A stretch of 64,000 nucleotides of DNA from Okamejei kenojei. Lineage: Eukaryota. The stretch spans positions 41,044,001 through 41,108,000 of the forward strand of contig CM069145.1 in assembly GCA_035221665.1 (NCBI GenBank), in the 5' to 3' direction. Shown here piece by piece: positions 46,928 through 60,621 of the stretch. Position 1 is the stretch's first letter, and every line of letters begins with the position of its first letter. The notes beneath the pieces were generated by a model, which was not told the origin of the DNA, did not search any database, and saw nothing but the letters and a program-made list of their open reading frames with translations. Position numbers and translations under genes: made by a program.

Positions 46928-49900
46928 TGAGGGGGGAGGTAGGGGACGTGGAAGCAGGTGCAATGGAGCAGATACCTTTGTTCAGTAGGAAGAGGACGTG
47001 TGAAATGCAGGGTCTGAGGACTTAACCCGCTCTCCAGCGAAGGGGGGAAAAAGGAACCTTGGAACAGAAACCGATCCAGTGACTGCTCGCTGCTCCTCGC
47101 GTTCAAAGGGAATAGTTATACGCTCAGCAAAGAGTAAAAGGCCACAGTAGCTGAACATTACTCACACCATGAAGCTGTGCTTCACAGGACGGGAGACAGC
47201 TGGGGAGTTTTGCTTTTATACCCGTCAATGTTTATGTTCAGACTAATCGACAGCCAACGTCACAAATAGCTGTAACTGCCCATAGGTGTAATAAATGACT
47301 TATTTTTCCCCCGAGGCGCTGTCAAATGGAAATGAAAAGGTGAGGTTGTGCTGGGAGGAGTTCCTCATAATCACTGGGATTTAACTTGCTAGGAATGCAC
47401 AAGCAAGGTTGCAGGAGGCTGAGGTTAAGTAGGAAAATAAGGACCAAAACCCCTCTCACCATTCATACAGTTTGGGGGGAGGGGGCTAGAGAGAAATCTA
47501 TTTCACTTTGCTGCATAGAGTTCCCGTGAGTGCTGCTTTACAAGGGAAAAAGACGCAAAGTGCTGAAGTATTTCAGCATGGTGCCAGAGACCCGGTTTCG
47601 ATCCTATCTGAGTGAAGTTTGGTCACATTCTCCTTGTGACCGTGTCCCGAATGCTCGGGTGCTCCGGTTTCCTCCCACATCCCAAAGGCGTGCAGGTTTG
47701 TAGGTCAATTGGCTTTGGTAAAATTGTAAATTGTCCCTAGGGTGTAGGATTGTGCTAGTGTACAGGATGATCGCTGGTCAGCGCAGACTCGGTGGGCCGA
47801 AGGGCCTGTTCCAGCGCTGTATCTCCAAAGTCAGGCAGCATCTCTGGAAAACATGGATGGGTGATATTTCAAGGCCCAACCAGAAACATCGGCAGATTAT
47901 GTCCTCCCGAGATGCTGCTTGACCTACTGATTTCTTCCAGCACTGTGAGTCTTTTATTTTCTGAATTAAGACCTTGTTTGTATCCAAGAGGGTTGCGAAT
48001 AGTTTGCCTCCCACTTCCGCAGTTTAAAAGAGTGTTAAGTGACTAGATGTGATCCATGACCTTAGCACAGCTTTGGTGAGTGCGTCCCCAAGTGCGTATG
48101 TATGTATGTAGCCTGTTTGTGTGGTGCTTAAGTGTGTGAAAGTCACACGCATCACCTTGGTACAAGCATCTCCCTGCCTCAAAGTGGGAAGGAGGTGAAG
48201 GATTCACAGCTACTGGGAATCAGTGATCACTTCCTTTATTATTGGTGTTTGGGTATTGTGGTTATATCATTTCTTGATTATAGTTATAAACATTTTCATT
48301 TGTTTTGTGGGTCATTTGTTTCGTCAAGTTTACTACAAGTCACACTTTAGTTATTCTGACAGCTCTAACGTGCACTGGAGAGTGTGAAGAGTCCTCTGAG
48401 TTATTCCTCTCACTGAAGGAAATGGGTGTCTCTCTTGCACAGGGATGGTGAAGTCAAGGAGCTCCTTATAAGGGCAGAAACAGTTGGCTGTCGGTGCCAA
48501 TGCAGGCTAGTTGGTGCTACCAGAACAGGAACAAGTCACCAGCTCCCTAGCTCTTCTGAGCCAGAGTCCACAAGGCACAAGCTGGGTTGCAGCTGCACCC
48601 ATAATCCCAGCGGAGTCACACTCAGGTACTTGTCACTTGAAGCTGGCCCTCACAACATTAGTGGTAGACCTATGTCCAACTATATTGGTAAAATGTTACA
48701 TCTCGATCTTCTCTTGTGCTTGGGATAGGGCAAGTGCTGTTAGTGAAAGTAATGTTTTGTTATTTGCCCAGCTGGTTAATTTTGTGAATGCTATTTCTCT
48801 CAAGATAGAAATCCATGTTAAACAGCCTGGGTTAAATACCTTCAGATTCACATGCTGCTCTCATGATGTCTCGGATTAAGTCAAGACCTTGTTTTGAGCC
48901 AGAGCCGCTGAAGAATCTAGGATTTCTATATGTGTATTGTCGAGCACCACACTAAGTATTTTTTAAACATCACGCTGGTGTTCTCTCTTTCAGCATCTGT
49001 TCAAATGCTACTACAATACCATCCTCGTTACATCAGTCATCTAATGTACTTCCAATAACTGCAATATTTATACAGTTTAAACTTTGGTGAATTTCAGTGT
49101 AATGGCAACCAGTATCTACTACAAATAAATCTTAATTGTTGACAATTTTCACAACAGCAATATCTTTCTTTAGTTAGCCAAGCTGGAAGCACGTTACAAC
49201 TGGCCCTCATCTCATTGTGGAAAGTTAAAGGAAAACTTAAAATCTGCTTTTAAATATTGTTAAGAATGGGACATTCTCTGTCCATAGGTTGTCCACCCGT
49301 ACTTCAAGTTGGCTTTTACAATCTACCAACCTCCTACTCATTTTGCACATCCTGTTCATTAGTTTAATCATTTAAGAACATTTCAGGCAGAAATGTTGAC
49401 TGGACTTAAGACTACATGGTTTCACAAACCTAGGTGGATGGAATTAAATCTGACACCTACCCTCGCTACCCCAATGGTAGGGTCTACAGCTGGGCAGATG
49501 TTCAGTGAGTTATGCCCCCTTACCCAGGGTTGCAGAAAAAAAATTAAGCTCACTCGGAGCTACAGACTGCACCAGAGACTAGCCATTTGAGATACAGCAT
49601 GAAAACAGGTCCTTCAGCCCACTGAATCTGTACTGACCAGTGATCACCCCATACACGAACATCTACTCACCAGGGACAATTTTACAACTTACCAAAGCCA
49701 ATTAACCTACAAACCTGTACATCTTTAAAACGTGGGAGCACCCAGAGAAAATCCACACGGTCACAGGAATAAGTTACAAACTCCGTACAGGCAGCACCCT
49801 GGCACTGGCACTGTGAGGCAGCAACTCTACCGCTACATCACTGTGCTGCCCACCTTCCCTCTACTGGCCAAACACAGGCAGGTGGTGTAGATGATGTGTA

Positions 49901-52047
49901 CACACCTTTAATTGATAGTAACGATGTCCATGCTAACCACTCCCCCACCAGTTAGTATAATTGTAACCCACACGCCCCTAGCTCTCTAGTGATCGTGACA
50001 GACCACGTACAGCCAGGGCTATGTATAATGTATGCTTAATAAAGTAGTGAAGACTTTAAGGTGTCTCTGTACCTTCTCTACAGGTGGGACGAGTGTAGAT
50101 GGTGCATGTTGGTTGCTGTGGGCCAAAGGGCCTGTTTCCACACTGTATGATTTGATGTGGCTTGTGGGAATCAGCCGTGTGTAAAATAACCATCTTTCAT
50201 ACACTTAATGTGCTTCGTTGATTGTCGTGGCTGGAACAGCACGTTCATGATACACTAACTGAGCAGCTTTTCACATTGTCATTAGCAGCAGCAGCCCACA
50301 TGTTCCACAACGCAACCCACTGACAAGCATAGTTTAACACTGGCAGTCTTTATTAAAGTATATCCTTTGGGGGAAATCCATCTTTAATTTTCATAATGTT
50401 AATTATTCCTCTAGTTGAAAGTTAAATTCACATTAGCTGTGTAGCCAACTACAAATCACATCCATTCTGTGAACTAGATAGCTGGAACCCAGTTAGTCAC
50501 ACCACCTCTTTTGTTCTCTGGTGAAGAAGCTCACTGCACAGAGCAGCCTGTCAAACCAGTCAAACGTGGAAGCAAGCGTCCAGCAAGGGCCCTCCCTGCA
50601 AGAATTGGCTGGGACTAGGAGCAGACCAAGGAATCCTGCTGCAAGCCAGCGGGCCACTGGAAAATACAAGCCAGCAGCCTCTGTAACACCGTTACAAATG
50701 GTCTGAAATGGCACCCATTAACTATTCTAGATTCTTCCTAGTATCTGTACAGTACTGGCAGTAATTCTGTAACAGCCACAAAGTGCTGGAAGAACTCATC
50801 GTGTCCGGCAGCATCTGTGGAGGGAATGGGAGAGGCAATGCTTTGGGCCAGGACCCTTCCACTCTGGTTGGCTGTGTGGTCATCTGTATATGCAGCCTGA
50901 CAGACAAACCTTCTGTCCAGCACAAACTCTGCTTGTTCGCACTTCACACCCTGCTCACTCACAGTAATAAACATCGCTGTCGTAAATAGCGGCCAACACA
51001 AAGCAGCTTCAACCAAGCAGCAACCCCCTGTATTACACGCTGGAACACCACGGTCACTCCTAACCGTGCACCCATCCAAGTCTTCATGCTCAACATTGCT
51101 GGAGACAACCAGCAAGTTAAACGAAGCAAGTTCAGCACCCGGATTTCAAGGTCACTCACTTTCACTCTATTTCAGTCTCACTGCTAGGATTTATCTTTTT
51201 ATATCTGAGATACAGCATGGAAATAGGCCCTTCGGCTCACCGAGTCCACACCGACCATCGATCACCCATTCGCACTGGTTCTACATTATCCTACTTATCC
51301 ACTCCCTGCACACTCGGGGCGATTTACAGAGGGCTAAATAACCTGAAAACTGCACATCTTTGGGACGTGGGAGGAAACCGGAGCACCCGAAGGAAACCCA
51401 CGCAGTCATGGGGAGAACGTGCAAACTCCACACAGACAGCACCTGTGGTCAGGATTGAACCCAGGTCGCGGGCGCCGCGAGGCAGTGGCTCGACCGGCTG
51501 CGCCACTGTGTTGCCGACTGATCTAAATATAATAACAATGCTGCCTGTAACTGCCTCCCAGGTGTCCATTGTTCCAAAGACGTTATTCCAACCCTCCTGG
51601 AATTCCTGATATTGCGCACGGTCCTTCCCGATACAGCTCCGGTGTGGATTTATCTATCGGCTCTGATTGTGCAATGAGTCAAGTGCTTGATGAGGCTGCC
51701 CAGAAGTGTGCTGGCTTTTTTCCTCCCCGGTTCTTGGTCGATGACTGAAACAATCAAAGTGAGTTGCTCAGAGATCACGAGGTTGCTTCTTTACATCCTA
51801 CAGGGGGTTGGGGCATTCACACTCCTAACACTGGCCATCGATAGCCCACAGGGCTCGATGCAAAATGTGCTTTGTAATAAGTTTATTAAACGATCGGTTA
51901 AGCGTCAGTCACTGTGAGAGATGGTTCAATTTTCTTCTGGTTTTGAGCGTTGCGTCGAACAGGTTTCTGGCTGTAAACATGGGGGAAAAGGCTGGGTTTC
52001 AGCTGATTGTCCCTGTCCTCTTTCAGATCAGTTGGTCGGGGCGAACA

Positions 52048-52075
52048 TCACCTGCCCGGGCTCCCAAGAAGAAAC
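52048..52075 (-). CDS. MMS19: MMS19 terminal coding exon (FLLGSPGR*)
   Basis: gtttcag|G TTT CTT CTT GGG AGC CCG GGC AGG TGA; human ends WFLLGSPGS*. Minus-strand AATAAA at 51882-51887 and 50349-50354. Confidence 0.92.
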
Positions 52076-52185
52076 CTGAAACACAGCCCACAGGTAGTTG
52101 AAGCAGGTACTAATCGCAATGATAAACAAACATTTAGACAGGTACGTAGGCAGCTCTTTCAAAGAGCCAACACCGACTCAAGATT

Positions 52186-53368
52186 TTCAGAAAGCCATTG
52201 ATAAGGTCCCGCATGGGAGACTGGTGACTAAAATTAGAGCACATGGTATTGGGGGTAGGGTGTTGACATGGATAGAAAATTGGTTGGCAGACCGGAAGCA
52301 AAGAGTAGGAGTGAACGGGTCCTTTTCAGAATGGCAGGCAGTGGCGAGTGGAGTGCCGCAAGGCTCGGTGTTGGGGCCGCAACTGTTTACCATATATATT
52401 AATGATTTCGAAGAGGGAATTAGCAGCAACACTAGCAAGTTTGCGGATTACACAAAGCTGGGTGGCAGCATGAACGGTGAAGAGGATGTTAGGAGGTTGC
52501 AGGGTGACCTGGACAGGTTGAGTGAGTGGGCAGATGCGTGGCAGATGCAGTATAATATAGATAAATGTGAGGTTATCCACTTTGGCGGCAAAAACAAAGG
52601 GGCAGATTATTATCTCAATGGGGTTAGGTTAGGTAAGGGGGAGGTACAGCGAGACCTGGGCGTCCTTGTACACCGGTCACTGAAAGTTAGCGTGCAGGTA
52701 CAGCAGGCAGTGAAGAAAGCTAATGGAATGTTGGCCTTCATAACAAGAGGATTTCAGTACAGGAGTAAAGAGGTTCTTCTGCAGTTGTACAGGGCTCTGG
52801 TGAAACCACATCTGGAGTATTGTGTACAGTTTTAGACTCCTAATTTGAGGAAGGACATCCTTGTGATTGAGGCAGTGCAGCGTAGGTTCACGAGATTCAT
52901 CCCTGGATGGCGGGACTGTCATATGAGGAAAGATTGAAAAGACTAGGCTTGTATTCACTGGAGTTTAGAAGGATGAGGGGGGAAACATATAAAATTATAA
53001 AAGGACTGGACAAGCTAGATGCAGGAAAAATGTTCCAAATGTTGAGCGAGTCCAGAACCAAGGGCCACAGTGTTAGAATAAAGGGGAGGTCATTTAAGAC
53101 TGAGGTGAGAAAAAACTTTTTCACCCAGAGAGTTGTTAATTTATGGAATTCCCTGCCACAGAGGGCAGTGGAGGCCAAATGACTGGATGGATTTAAGAGA
53201 GAGTTGGATAGAGCTCTAGGGGCTAGTGGAGTCAAGGGATATGGGGAGAAGGCAGGCACGGGTTATTGATAGCGGACGATCAGCCATGATCACAATGAAT
53301 GCCGGTGCTGGCTCGAAGGGCCAAATGGCCTCCTCCTGCACCTATTTCCTATGTTTCTATGTTTCTAT
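52186..53368 (+). mobile_element. relatively young 5'-truncated CR1 LINE
   Basis: ORF 52098..52835 is the RT core with FADD mutated to FADY and an in-frame stop; (CTATGTTT)n tail. Confidence 0.93.
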
Positions 53369-54315
53369 GAGAACATAGGTTTAAGGCGAGGGGGGAAAGA
53401 TTTAATAGGAAACTGATGGGCATCTTTTTGTTTTCTTACACAAAGGGTGGTGGGTGTATGAAACGAGCTTCCAGAGGAGGTAGTTGAGGCAGGTACAATC
53501 ACAACGTTTTATAAACATTTGTATGGTGTATGGATCGGATAGGTTTCGAGGGACATGGGCAGGCAGGTGGGATTAGTGTAGATGGGGCATGTTGGTCGGC
53601 ATGGGCAAGTTGGACAAAAAGGCCCGTTTCTACTCTGTATGACTATTATTTTTGGCAGATCTGGGAGATAAAGGGAAAAAAAGTGGACTATTTCTTTCCT
53701 GTTCCACACAATAATACAAGAGTGATCGGTTTCCAAACATATGGAAATAGAACATTAAACTTGTACAAGCTGCAGGAGAGAGATTTCAGAGGGAACTCCG
53801 GGCAAATGTTACACTCCGAGTAGTTTGTCGATGGAAAGGAAGGGTTTAGAGGGATATGGGCCAAACGCAGACAAATGGGATAGGTAACATTTTGGGTCAG
53901 AACCCTTTGTCAGACAGAGATAGAGATGGGGGGGGGGGGGGGGGGAGGGGGGGGGAAGGGGGACCGGAGCCGAGAAAAGACCAGATTAAATCAGGTCAGG
54001 CAACAGATGACCTCAGGAAGGGTGGAGTCTATAACGTACTCCAGCATTTTGTGTCCATCTTCAGTATAAACCAGCATCTGTAGTTCCTTCCTGCACAGGA
54101 AAATGGCACAGTCCAGTATGCCAAACATGGACAAGGTGGACCAAAGGGCCAGTTTCTCTGCTGTATACCTCTAGGACATTACAGAGCCGTGGGGGGAACT
54201 TGCTGTCAGCTATTTGGTACTCAATCTTGCCCTCCCACCTGTGAGCGCAGTAAAAAGACTGGACATTGTTGGACAATAAGCAGAGGGATTATTCTCCCTG
54301 CAGTTCCACACGTAC

Positions 54316-54416
54316 CACTCTCCCCGTGCTGCGACCGCCTCCCTCCTCACCAGCCGCTTCTTGTCGTCCAAGGGTTTGGCCAGAGCTTGGATCACACGGG
54401 CCTTGTAGGGAAGAAT
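54316..54416 (-). CDS. MMS19: MMS19 exon (ILPYKARVIQALAKPLDDKKRLVRREAVAARGEW)
   Basis: 101 nt; hallmark MMS19 C-terminal LDDKKRLVR motif. Confidence 0.96.
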
Positions 54417-54529
54417 CTGCAGAAGGAATGCAGGTGGAAGAACAAAGATTAAGTCCAAGCTGCCTTCAACACAGTAGCGCAGCAAGGCCCTGCTCTATCC
54501 TGTATCTCGGAGTACAAGCGCATGCATGG

Positions 54530-55200
54530 TTCCATGAAGGTCGAGTCGCGGGTCGATAAGGTGGTCAGAAAGGCTTTTGGCACTTTCACCATCATCAGTC
54601 AGAGTACTGAGTATAGAAGTTGGGAGGTCATGTTGCAGTTGTATAAGACATTGGTGAGCCCATTTTTAGAATATTGTGTTCAGTTCTGGGCACCGTGTTA
54701 TAGGAAAGGTATTGTCAAGCTTGAAAGGGTTCAGAAAAGATTTACTAAGATGTTGCCAGGACTAGAGGGTGTGAGCTATAGGGAGAGGTTGAGTAGGCTG
54801 GGTTTCTATACCATGGAGAGTAGGAGGATGAGGGGAGATCTTATAGAGGTGTACAAAATCATGAGAGGAATAGATCGGGTAGAGTCTTTTACCCAGAGTA
54901 GGAAAATCGAGGACCAGAGGACATAGGTTCAAGGTGAAGTGGAAAAGATTTAACAGGAATCCGAGGGGTAACTTTCTCGCACCGGGCGGTGGGTGTATGG
55001 AACCCACCAGAGGAGGTAGTTGAGGCTGGGACTATCCCATCATTTAAGAAACAGTTGGACTGGTACATGGATAGGACAGGTTTGGAGGGTTATGGACCAA
55101 GCGCAGACAAGTGGCACTAGTGTAGCTGGGGGATTGTTGACCGTTGTGGGCTAGTTGGGCCAAAGGGCCTGTTTCCTCACTGTATGACTCCGACTCGATT
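54530..55200 (+). mobile_element. CR1 LINE 3' fragment (second subfamily)
   Basis: ORF 54522..54926 (LYKTLV..LEYCVQFW..ERVQKRFT) followed by the 3' tail. Confidence 0.88.
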
Positions 55201-55566
55201 TGCCAGCAGTACAAGGCCGTGGGAAACATGCTCACCTATACCTTTAGATACAGAGTGGAAACAGGCCCTTCGGCTCACCGAGTCCACGCTGACCACAATC
55301 ACCCATACACTCGTTCTTTCCTCGACATTAGGGACAATTTAGAGACCAATTAACCTACAAACCTGCATGTCTTTGAACTGTGGGAGGAAACTGGAGCACT
55401 TGGAGGAAACCCACGCGGTCACTGGCAGAGCTTACAAACTCCATAGTCAGGATCAAATCCCGGTCCCATGCGCTGTAAGGCAGCAACTCTACTGCTGCGC
55501 CACTGTGCTCCCCAAATTGCAAGGTCAGTGAATGAAGCGAGAGGTGAACAACTATGCAGGTCTTAC

Positions 55567-55626
55567 CACGTGTGAGGGCAGTTTCGTCAGTGCATGCATG
55601 CACTGCAAAGAGGAAATGCGGACTTT
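55567..55626 (-). CDS. MMS19: MMS19 exon (KVRISSLQCMHALTKLPSHV)
   Basis: ttgcag|...|gtaaga, 60 nt. Confidence 0.93.
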
Positions 55627-57156
55627 CTGCAAGTAAAACAGAGACAGACCGGCATGAGAGAGTAGGCAATCCTTTCAATGATACCACACCTAGATCAGAT
55701 CGTCCCGAACATCAACACATCTCTACGTGAAGGATGGAACTGCAAATTCTGGTTGATATCGAAGATAGGCACAAAAAGCTGGATAACTCAGCGGCTCAGG
55801 TAGCAGCCCTGGAGAAAAGGAATCAGTAACGTTTCAGGCGAGGTTCAGAACCAGTCTGAAGAAGGGTTCTGACCAGCTGAGTTACTCCATCAAACCATCT
55901 CTTCTCTGATGCTAACAAAAATTAAGCACAAGTGAACAACAAAGGGTAAAGAATAAAGCTTAGCTGACTGTTCAAATATAAAATCATTTTAGCAGATTCC
56001 AGATAGCTGCCAAGAATAAACTGGATATGGGGAGATGGGTTGACATGATGTTGCTATGGTCTGGAACCTGCTTCCTGAAAGGGCAAAGGAATTTGATTCA
56101 ATGGGAACTTGCAAAAAGGAAATTGGGAAGTAGCTGCAAAGCTCCAAGGAAGTAGGATTAACAGAAGAACTATTTCAAAGAACCATCATCAACTCATTCC
56201 TTGGAGCACAGGAGGTTGAGAGATGATCGTATAGAAGTGAACAAAATCATGAAAGGAATAGTTAGGATGAATGCAGCCTGTTACCCAGAGTAGGGGAATC
56301 ATGAACCAGAGAACCTGTTTTGAGAGGGGAAAAGATTTAATAAAAGCCTGAGGGTTAACTTTTTTTTTAACACAAAGAATGGTGGGTGTATGGAACGAGC
56401 TGCCGGAGGAGGTCGTTGAGGCAGGTATAATCGCAATATTTAACATGTAGACAGGTGCATGGATAGGACAGGTTTAGATGGATATGGGCCAAACGCAGGC
56501 AGGTGGGACATGTTGGGCAATTTGTGCCTGTTTCCTATCACAAGCTGAGTTTGGTACTTGGGTCAGTATGGATGATTTGGGCTGAAGGGTCTCCTGTTTC
56601 CGTGCTGTATGACTCTGTAGCACAGTGCAACGGGCTGAAAAGATTTATGCTAGATTCAGAGAGCAAGATTTGGAAGGGTCAAAAGGTCTCCCCATCACAG
56701 AGACAGTTGAAAATACACATGCTTTAATCCACTCCCCGATCACTTGGTCCAACTTTAGTCCAGAAACAAAGTTGTTGCAATTTTATCCAGACCAGCAATG
56801 CCCCTATTTGTGCACAGCTTTACAATATTCTAGGTAATTTTTTTTTTAAAAGATACAAAGTGATGGAGTAACTTAGCGGGTCAGGCAGCATCTCTGGAGA
56901 GCATGGATGGATACAAGAAACCCAATTCGAAAGGTCGCTTATCCATATTGTCCTGAGATGCTGCCTGGCCCGCTGAGTTACTCCAGCACTTTGTGTCCTT
57001 TTTGTAAACAAGCATTACAATTCTTGGTTTCAAGACAACATAATTATAAAGCAACATAATTCAGATGGGTCAAATCACCACACAGTCTTAAGATGGCCTA
57101 GAATTAACTGTGAATGTAAGATTTTGGACTCAGCCCCAGAAATGATCCCAGACTAA

Positions 57157-57365
57157 AGGGCCTGTCCCACTTTCACAACCTAATTCATGACCTTTTTTAC
57201 TCGTGGGCATTCTGCATCAGGCTAGACGCCCCGACCTACTTGATGCCACGAGTACCCACGACTAGCATCCCGACCTCCTACGACCTCGTGACGACCATGC
57301 TGCGAGTATGAGTCAAGGGCAAACTCGGCAGAGGTGAATTGGGTCGTGAAAGTGGGACAGGCCCT
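57157..57365. mobile_element. PIF/Harbinger-type MITE
   Basis: TIRs AGGGCCTGTCCCACTTTCAC / GTGAAAGTGGGACAGGCCCT flanked by TAA / TTA. Confidence 0.85.
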
Positions 57366-57470
57366 TTACAATGCTACGTAAAGCTGGGATGAAGAACAAG
57401 CTTGGAAAGCATGCAGGAAAGAAGAGCAGCATTGGATCAAGGTGGGAGTGGTGCGGTTCTCTGCACGTAC

Positions 57471-57636
57471 CATGGCAGGGCTAGTGGTCAGATGGAGCAG
57501 CTTGCCCACCAGCGTCTCTATGTGCAAACCCATAATGTGTGGGGCTTCCAGGTAGCAGAGGATGTAGGCATCCAAGAGTGGACAACTGGACCACCTGGTC
57601 TGGGCAGGACAAGGCCTCCAGCAACAACGTCAGCAG
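57471..57636 (-). CDS. MMS19: MMS19 exon (LLTLLLEALSCPDQVVQLSTLGCLHPLL/LEAPHIMG...SPAM) with a +1 frameshift
   Basis: Phase 0-0 exon of 166 nt. The two halves match MMS19 in different frames; extra C at 57551/57552. Confidence 0.9.
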
Positions 57637-58491
57637 CTGAGGATAAAGGAGCAGGGGTTAAAGGTAAGCACCCGTCAAACGGAGACTCCAGCGCAAGTAG
57701 CATCGCACGCTTACCCAAGGGAGGTGGCCTCCAATGTTACAGTACCACTGTTAAGTCTTGGCCAGTGGCAGTCAGGTAAGTACTTGCATGCATGCACCCA
57801 CTCTCACACCTTTTACATTCATCCAATTTTCTCACATAAGTTTAGTTTATTGTCACCTGTACTGAGGTACAGTAAAAAGCTCTTTTGTTGCATGTAATCC
57901 AGTTACTGAAAGACTATACATGATTACAATCAAGCTGTTCACAGTGTACAGATTCAAGATGAAAGGATTAACGTTTAGTGCAAGATAAAGTCTGATCAAT
58001 GATAGCTCAGGACTGCACTCTATCTGTGGGAGGACGGTTCAGTTGCCTGATAACAGCTGGGAAATCAAAAGTACGTAGACAAAAAAAAAAAAAAAAAATG
58101 CTGGAGTAACACAGCAGGTCAGGCAGCATCTCTGGAGAAAAGGATCAGATGATCTTTCGGGTCGAGATCTGAGGAAACTGTCCGTGAATCTGGAGTTGTG
58201 CGTTTTCAGACTTCTGTACCTCTTGCCTGATGGGAGAGGGGAGAAGAGGGAGTGACCGGGGTGAGACTGGTCTTTGATTATGCTGGTGGCCTTGTTAAGA
58301 CAGCATGAAGTTTAGATGGAGTTTGTGTAAAGGGGATTGGTTTGCGTGATGGGCTGTGCTACGGGCTGAAGGTGGAAGATCAGAGGAAAGAGGAAAAAGG
58401 TTCAAGTTAAGGACGATCAGCACATAAGCTCAGACACACAGGAGATGGCCCAATGGCCTCCATGTCCTTGGATAGACCACGTGGTACTGAC

Positions 58492-58574
58492 CGATGGAAG
58501 CTGTGTCAGCAGAACCTGCTTCGGCAAGCTGTTCAACACATGGGAGAGCGCCTTCAGGTAGTTCGACTTGTTAT
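58492..58574 (-). CDS. MMS19: MMS19 exon (DNKSNYLKALSHVLNSLPKQVLLTQLPS)
   Basis: ttgcag|...|gtcagt, 83 nt. Confidence 0.94.
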
Positions 58575-59333
58575 CTGCAACAAACCAAAGGCAGTCGTGA
58601 GCATTAGATTGTCCGTATCAACTCTGGAGCTTACCAGTGCCAAGAGCCAAGCAGGGCCCTCATGTTCAGAGATGGTTATTGGGGACCACGAGACACAGAC
58701 AGGGCATTGGTTTCTGAGCTGCAGATGCTGGAATTTTGAGCAAAACACAGTACTGGAGGAACTCAGTTAGTCATGCAGCATCTATGGAGGGAAAGGGGCA
58801 GAAACTTTGTCGGAAGTCTTCTTCAGACTGATTGTAGTTGGTCTGAAGAAGGGTTCCGACCAGAAGCTTCTGTCTATTCCCTCTGCAGATGCCACCTGAC
58901 CTGCTGCGTTGGTCCAGCATTTGGTGTTTTATGCAGTGCCAGTCAGCGCTAACCTCACTCCAAATACAATGCTGGTTTACAGCAATAGCAATATCCTCTC
59001 ATAATATGAATAGAAACAAGTTTCGGTTTCAGAAACGAAAACCCTGTATTCAGATTAAACTCAGATTTCCTTGAGCACTGTGTACATACGTTCCCAGAGC
59101 TGTTCGTTGCACTGCTTTGACACCCAGGATACAGTAAGAGACACTCCCACCTGGGAAAGAATGCTACTTGACTCCAGGACAGTGGACTACCTGATTTGTA
59201 CTGTTTAAGAAAGAACTGCAGGTGCTGGAAAAATCAAAGGTAGCCAAAAATGCTGGAGAAACTCAGCAAGTGAGGCAGCATCTATGGAGCGAAGGAATAG
59301 GCGACGTTTCGGGTCGAGACCCTTCTTCAAGTA

Positions 59334-59523
59334 GGTGAGCAGCGCCATCAACTGCACCCAGAGCCGGGCGGTGGAGAAACACCAATCAGGTTGGTTCGCA
59401 GATGTCAAGTTGTGATTCAAGCAGGTACAATTATGAGAGTCCAGTTTAGTTTATTGTTTATTGTCATGTGTACAGAGGTACAGTAAAAAGCTTTTGTTGC
59501 GTACTATCCAGTCAGCGGAAAGT
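59334..59523 (-). repeat. local duplicate of an MMS19 acceptor region and exon start
   Basis: Closely similar to 60604-60793. Confidence 0.85.
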
Positions 59524-60434
59524 CTGAAGGGTCTCGACCCGAAATGTCGCCTATTCCTTCACTCCTATAGATGCTGCCTCATCAGCTGAGTTTCTCCAGC
59601 ATCTTTGTCCACCTGATTTGTACTGATAGCCTTACAGTGACGGGTACCCAAGTACCTGTTAAAAGTCTGTTCCTTCCCTTACGTTTCCAAACACCCGCTG
59701 ACTGGTGCAGCAGGTAGTCACTACCTCCCCGTGCCAGAGACACAGGGAGGTAGTTGATCCCGACCTCGGGTGCTGTCTGTGTGGAGCTTGCACTTTTCCC
59801 CTGTGATCGAGTGGGTTTCCTCTGGGTGCTTCGGTTTCCTCCCATATCCCAAAGATGTGCAGGTTTGTAGGTTAATGGGTCACTGTAAATTGCCCCTAGT
59901 GTGTAGGGATTGGATGAGGAAGTGGAATAACGTAAAACTAATGTGAAACAGCTGATCGATGGTCGGGGTGAACCCAGTGGGCCAATGGGCTGTTTCCATG
60001 CTGTATCACTTAAACTCAAGGTCATCCTCAATGGCCCAGGTCAGTGTGCAGGATAGAAGTAATTCAATGATCCTTTATTGTCAAATGTACCTAGCTACAG
60101 TGAAATGCTTGGTTTTGCATACAACCGGGTAAAACGATACAGCTGACCTGGCCAAGGCAGTACGCAAGAGTGGTCACCGACACCACTGGCACCGACAAAG
60201 CTACAAAAGTAAAATATGTACTGCTGATCGCTGGTCGGCACGGACTCAGTGGGCCGAAGGGCCTGTTTCCGTGCTGTTTCTCTAAAATTCAAAGTTGTCC
60301 CCAATGGCCCAGGTGAGTGTGTAGAACGAGTGCGAACGGGTGATCGATGGTTTGCGTGGACTGGGTGGACTGAAGGGCCCGTTTCCGTATTGCATCTTTA
60401 AACAAAGCCAAACTGCGACTGGAAGCGCACTCAC

Positions 60435-60621
60435 CTTTACCGGCCGCGTGGAAACCCTGAACTAATTTGGAGACGTTCTCGGTGAAGAAGCGCTGTCGGT
60501 ACATGATGCGTACGTCGGCGTGAGTGGCCTTGTTCAGCACGTCCGCCGAGTCGCTGACCAGCAGGGAGAACCCCTCTGCAGCCTCTGCTCCCAGCTCCGG
60601 GTCGGTGAGCAGCGCCAACAA
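60435..60621 (-). CDS. MMS19: MMS19 exon (LLALLTDPELGAEAAEGFSLLVSD...MYRQRFFTENVSKLVQGFHAAGK)
   Basis: gtgcag|...|gtgagt, 187 nt; RQRFF motif. Confidence 0.96.

Noticed and set aside
47300-51800. Hidden gene between the convergent ZDHHC16 and MMS19 3' ends
   Set aside because: Only short, unrecognisable ORFs and SINEs; consistent with 3' UTRs and intergenic DNA.
52098-52835. 245-aa reverse transcriptase ORF as a possible retron, active or domesticated RT
   Set aside because: It is a 5'-truncated CR1 with the catalytic FADD changed to FADY and a premature stop, and many near-identical fragments occur in the window.
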